DNA from: a bacterium
GTDB lineage: Bacteria; SZUA-182; DTGQ01
Length of the DNA: 64,000 nucleotides
NCBI GenBank assembly: GCA_023512255.1
Contig: JAILZY010000009.1
Span: forward strand, 4,011-68,010
Direction: 5' to 3'
Shown here: piece after piece, positions 60,410 to 64,000 of the stretch
Position numbering within the stretch: the stretch's first letter is position 1
Layout: the number at the start of each line of letters is the position of its first letter
Made by a program: the position numbers and the translations under genes
The notes under the pieces: generated by a model
What the model was told of the DNA's origin: nothing
Seen by the model: the letters and a program-made list of their open reading frames with translations, nothing else
Database searches by the model: none

Positions 60410-61609
60410 TTGCGGGTCTTGATCACCAATGGCCAAAATCGCATCGCTTATGCAGCCTTAAGGAGCCTTGGCTGTCGTGGGATTTCAGTCTGCGCGGCTG
60501 ACTTCATTCCCTGGGCTATGTGTTTTTCCTCTCGCTATTGCCAGGGGCACTTTCGCTATCCATCACCGTTCCGCAAACCCCAGGAGTGCATTAACTCCCT
60601 AATCGAAAATGGCCGGCGGCAAAATTGCCGTATCCTGCTGCCTATTTATGAGGAGACCTTTCTGATTGCTAAATATCAGGACAAGCTAAAATCCCATTTT
60701 TCTCTGGCTGTGCCTGAGTATGAAAAGATGCTGATGGTTCATGACAAAAAGCGTCTCTATGAGCTTGCCCAAAGGCTTGAGATACCAACCCCGCGCTTTG
60801 CTGCCTTGAGTGCTCCTCACCCTTCCCATTATCCCTGGCTTGAGGAAGCCCGATATCCGCTATGGTTAAAGCCACGGCAGGGTGGAGGAGCCTGGGCCGT
60901 AGTGCCGATGGCCTCCTTTGAAGAGCTGCTGAGGCGATGGACTCGGCCTGATCTGCCCTATGGGCTTCCTCCTGATCGCTTCCTGGTACAGGAGCATGTG
61001 CCCGGGCCGATTTTTTGTGTGGCCATGCTGTTTTGTCGGGGAAAGCTGCGGGCCCGCTTCACCTACCGGCAGGTGAGGAATTATCCCTTGCGTGGAGGAG
61101 TGGCTACACTGCGGGTCAGCGATCGACACCAAGGGGCCGAAAGCAGCTTGCAGCGGCTTCTTGAAGCCCTAGAGTGGCACGGTGTCTGCCAGGCGGATTT
61201 TGCCATAGATCAGGAATCTGGGCTAGCTTATCTTTTGGATGTTAATCCGCGATTTTGGAGTGCCACCCACCTTGCGGTCATCTGTGGAGTAGATTTCCCC
61301 TATCTAGTGTATCAACTAGCGGCCTTCGGCGATATTGAGCCAGCTCTTGAGCACCCAATAGGCATTCAGTCCCGCTGGTTTTGGGGAGAGCTTCGGGCTT
61401 TCTGGGAGGCTTTCCGCCAGCCTGGTGAGAGAATCAAGGCTCTCAAAACCTATAGCCGAATCAGGGGAGCTGATAGCCATTTCGATGACCTATGCCTGAA
61501 AGATCCTCTGCCTCCTCTTATATTTTTTATAGACAGCCTGAGGAGGATGCTAAAACAGCGCTCCCTAACCCTGCGGCCCCATGACTCTCTGGATGGGGTT
61601 TGGGAGTAA
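60410..61609 (+). CDS. ATP-grasp ligase (carboxylate-amine ligase-like)
   Basis: RSLG, SRY, DK..L..LA...IPTP, YP..LKP..GGG, LVQE.VPG, DVNPRFW, GVDFP. Confidence 0.85.
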   Translation: MRVLITNGQNRIAYAALRSLGCRGISVCAADFIPWAMCFSSRYCQGHFRYPSPFRKPQECINSLIENGRRQNCRILLPIYEETFLIAKYQDKLKSHFSLAVPEYEKMLMVHDKKRLYELAQRLEIPTPRFAALSAPHPSHYPWLEEARYPLWLKPRQGGGAWAVVPMASFEELLRRWTRPDLPYGLPPDRFLVQEHVPGPIFCVAMLFCRGKLRARFTYRQVRNYPLRGGVATLRVSDRHQGAESSLQRLLEALEWHGVCQADFAIDQESGLAYLLDVNPRFWSATHLAVICGVDFPYLVYQLAAFGDIEPALEHPIGIQSRWFWGELRAFWEAFRQPGERIKALKTYSRIRGADSHFDDLCLKDPLPPLIFFIDSLRRMLKQRSLTLRPHDSLDGVWE

Positions 61610-61644
61610 AAAGAGAATAAAAAGAAAGAAAAGAAAAATAAATT

Positions 61645-62832
61645 ATGCTAAGCAGGAGGAAAGAGCCAATCAGGGTCTTGCAGCTTATCGCTCCCAATAC
61701 CCTTGGCGGTGCGGAAAAGGTAGTTTTGTCGCTTCAGGAGTGGCTGGCCGCGGGGGAAGATGAAAGCCCACAGTTTATCCCCTCTCTGGGAATATTCATC
61801 TGGGTCAGGAGACCACAGAATGCTTTTTTGCAAGAGGTTAGAGCCAAGGGCTATCCCCATATCATCTTTCCCATGCGCTTTGCCTTTGACTGGGCCAATA
61901 TGATCCAGCTCGCTCGCTATCTCAAGGCAAGCCGAATCAAGCTTCTACACACCCACGGCTACCGCTCGGATATCGTGGGGCTTTTCTGTGCCCGGATAGC
62001 CGGTATTCCAGCGGTTACTACCCTGCATGGCTGGACAGCTACAGACTGGAGAGTGCGTACCTATGAGTGGGGACAGCGCCTGATACTCCCCTTTTTTGAA
62101 GCTATAATCGCCGTCTCGGAGCAGATTGCCGATCAGCTCGTCAAACAAAGGGGGATTGCACCCAGCAAAGTCAGACTGCTGCCCAATGCGGTCAGGATTC
62201 CACAGGAAGATGTGGATTGGACCGAGCGGCACAGAGTACGGCGCCAGTTTGGCTGTGATCCTGAGGCCTCAGTAGTTGGCTTTGTTGGGCGCTTGAGTTC
62301 GGAAAAAAATCCGGCTGATTTGCTCAAAGCCATAAGCCTGCTCACTCCCAGACTGCCCAAGCTGGTGTGTTGGATAGTCGGAGAAGGGCCACAGCGGTTA
62401 TCTCTTGAGAGGCAGGCCAGAGAGCTTGGTATTGCTCGGCAGGTTTTCTTTCTCGGATTTCAGGCAGACATGGGCCGTATTTATCAGGCTCTTGATGTCC
62501 TGGCCATTACTTCTCGCACCGAAGGGACGCCCCTGGCCCTCCTTGAGGCCATGTCCTTCGGGCTACCGGTGGTTTCAATGCGGGTAGGAGGGATAGTCGA
62601 TCTGCTGGATGAAGGAGTCAATGGTCTGCTAGTCAACCCAGGTGATACGGCAGCTATGGCCGATAGCCTTGCGCGGGTGCTGACCGATCCACAGCTAGCC
62701 AAAGAGCTTGGGAGGGCAGCCAGAAAAAAAGTGCAGACCCATTTTGCCATAGATGTATGGATCAGCCGCCTTCGGCAAGTGTATCGGGAGTGTGTGGAAG
62801 CGCATCTTTTCAGGCAGACTCTAAGAGCTTAA
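61645..62832 (+). CDS. Glycosyltransferase family 4
   Basis: GGAE, HTHGY, T.HGW, VGRLSSEK, S..EG.P.ALLEAM, GG..D. Confidence 0.9.
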   Translation: MLSRRKEPIRVLQLIAPNTLGGAEKVVLSLQEWLAAGEDESPQFIPSLGIFIWVRRPQNAFLQEVRAKGYPHIIFPMRFAFDWANMIQLARYLKASRIKLLHTHGYRSDIVGLFCARIAGIPAVTTLHGWTATDWRVRTYEWGQRLILPFFEAIIAVSEQIADQLVKQRGIAPSKVRLLPNAVRIPQEDVDWTERHRVRRQFGCDPEASVVGFVGRLSSEKNPADLLKAISLLTPRLPKLVCWIVGEGPQRLSLERQARELGIARQVFFLGFQADMGRIYQALDVLAITSRTEGTPLALLEAMSFGLPVVSMRVGGIVDLLDEGVNGLLVNPGDTAAMADSLARVLTDPQLAKELGRAARKKVQTHFAIDVWISRLRQVYRECVEAHLFRQTLRA

Positions 62833-62954
62833 TTTTAATTCTTACCATATTTTTGGCTATCGGACACTTTTTACTACAGATGTATTTATTTATATTTATT
62901 GGTGTAATTTAGAAGTAATCATCATTCCTCTCGGCAACCAAAAAATCAAGTCCA

Positions 62955-64000
62955 ATGAACATTTTATTTTTATCCACCATTATCCCCTATCCGCCTGTGG
63001 ATGGACATTCGCACAGGACCTATTACCTCCTGAAGTATTTGGCTGAAAATCACCGCATTCACCTGATCGGCTTTGTGAAAAAGCCTGATGATTGGGACTC
63101 GGCACGAGCACTTAGCAAATTCTGCGCCAGTGTGCACCCATTTCTTCTTCCCGAAGATTTTTCTCGGATCTCTCTTGGGCTTTCGCTGACCCAAAGTCTC
63201 TTTTCTTCCGATCCCTTTGTAGTCAGAAAATACCTCCATCCACCAGCCCAGGCAGCTATGGAGAGGATTTTGCGAACCGAGCCAATCCATCTCATTCACT
63301 GTGATATGCCGAATCTGATCGCCTATGTCAGAGGCGACAGCAGTCCACCGGCCATTGCTGTTCATCATGATCTTGAATGGCTGCTTATGGATCGGCGGGC
63401 TCAAGCTGAGCCAAATTTCCTAAAAAGGTGGTATTTTTCCCAGCAGGCTAAAAAGTGGCGGCAATTTCTCCCCAAGATGGAGCGGAAAACCAGGCTACAT
63501 GTCGTTGTTTCCGAAGTGGACCGAAAGCGGCTGGAGGAGGCCTCTTTCTTTCACCGCCCGGCTCGGGTAGTACCGAATGGAGTGGATATAGAATATTTCC
63601 AGCCTCAACCCTCTATCCCGACAGAGAAGATGGTGGCACTCCTTGGCGGAATGCACCTTTTCCAGAATGCTGATGGGGCAGAGTATTTTCTGGAAAGTGT
63701 CTGGCCAAAAATTAAAGCCCTAGACAGTGGGATAGCCTGCCTGATAGTCGGGCAAAAGCCCTCATCAAGGCGGCTTAAGGCACTGGCTGCAAGAGCTGGT
63801 GGCGTCAGGATGCTGGGATTTATCAGCGATGTGCGGCCCCTGCTGGCTAGAGCAGGGTTGATGGTAGTTCCAATTCGAATCGGCAGCGGAACAAGGCTCA
63901 AGATTTTATCCGCTATGGCTATGGGCAAGGCTGTGGTGTCAACCTCTATCGGCTGTGAGGGGATCGAGGCCAAAGCAGGAGAGGAGCTTCTGGTGGCTGA
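62955..64000 (+). CDS. Glycosyltransferase family 4, truncated by the window edge and absent from the ORF track
   Basis: Own translation: MNILFLSTIIPYPPVDGHSHRTYYLLK..VPNGVD..N.DG..YF...VWP..VVPIRIGSGTRLKILSAMAMGKAVVST. Confidence 0.85.
   Translation, partial: MNILFLSTIIPYPPVDGHSHRTYYLLKYLAENHRIHLIGFVKKPDDWDSARALSKFCASVHPFLLPEDFSRISLGLSLTQSLFSSDPFVVRKYLHPPAQAAMERILRTEPIHLIHCDMPNLIAYVRGDSSPPAIAVHHDLEWLLMDRRAQAEPNFLKRWYFSQQAKKWRQFLPKMERKTRLHVVVSEVDRKRLEEASFFHRPARVVPNGVDIEYFQPQPSIPTEKMVALLGGMHLFQNADGAEYFLESVWPKIKALDSGIACLIVGQKPSSRRLKALAARAGGVRMLGFISDVRPLLARAGLMVVPIRIGSGTRLKILSAMAMGKAVVSTSIGCEGIEAKAGEELLVA

Noticed and set aside
62970-63973. Short ORFs listed in the track at the window end
   Set aside because: They are shadows of the plus-strand GT4 gene starting at 62955 that runs off the window

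Overview
Bacterial chromosomal window with moderate-GC genes separated by very AT-rich spacers. Gene content and dapL-folK-panB synteny resemble Desulfobacterota/Nitrospirota-like lineages (inference only). In order it carries: a type IV pilus/T2SS core (secretin, PilB, PilC) with cpoB and a LysM protein; a heme-motif HD-GYP protein; an Opp/Dpp ABC importer; secG; a TolC/MFP/ABC exporter; several secreted proteins; mltG-hisG-kinase-dapL-folK-panB; a PQQ-propeller/HYR protein; two decayed IS elements; a papain-like protease with cohesin and dockerin; and a polysaccharide locus running off the 3' end. Most notable features not in the ORF track: (1) an identical double palindrome (TATGAAA-N4-TTTCATA x2, 21-bp period) upstream of sigma54-like promoters at two loci 21 kb apart, both leading to uncharacterised small secreted proteins; (2) a 1-kb cassette (DUF6338-like pseudogene plus Pro-rich small ORF) inserted at the folK/panB overlap with a 53-bp direct repeat; (3) two copies of a CGCTCTT-ended MITE with 8-bp target-site duplications; (4) a putative glycan amine-ligation module; (5) many short tandem duplications. 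No rRNA, tRNA or convincing CRISPR array was seen. Family names come from motif recognition, not database searches.
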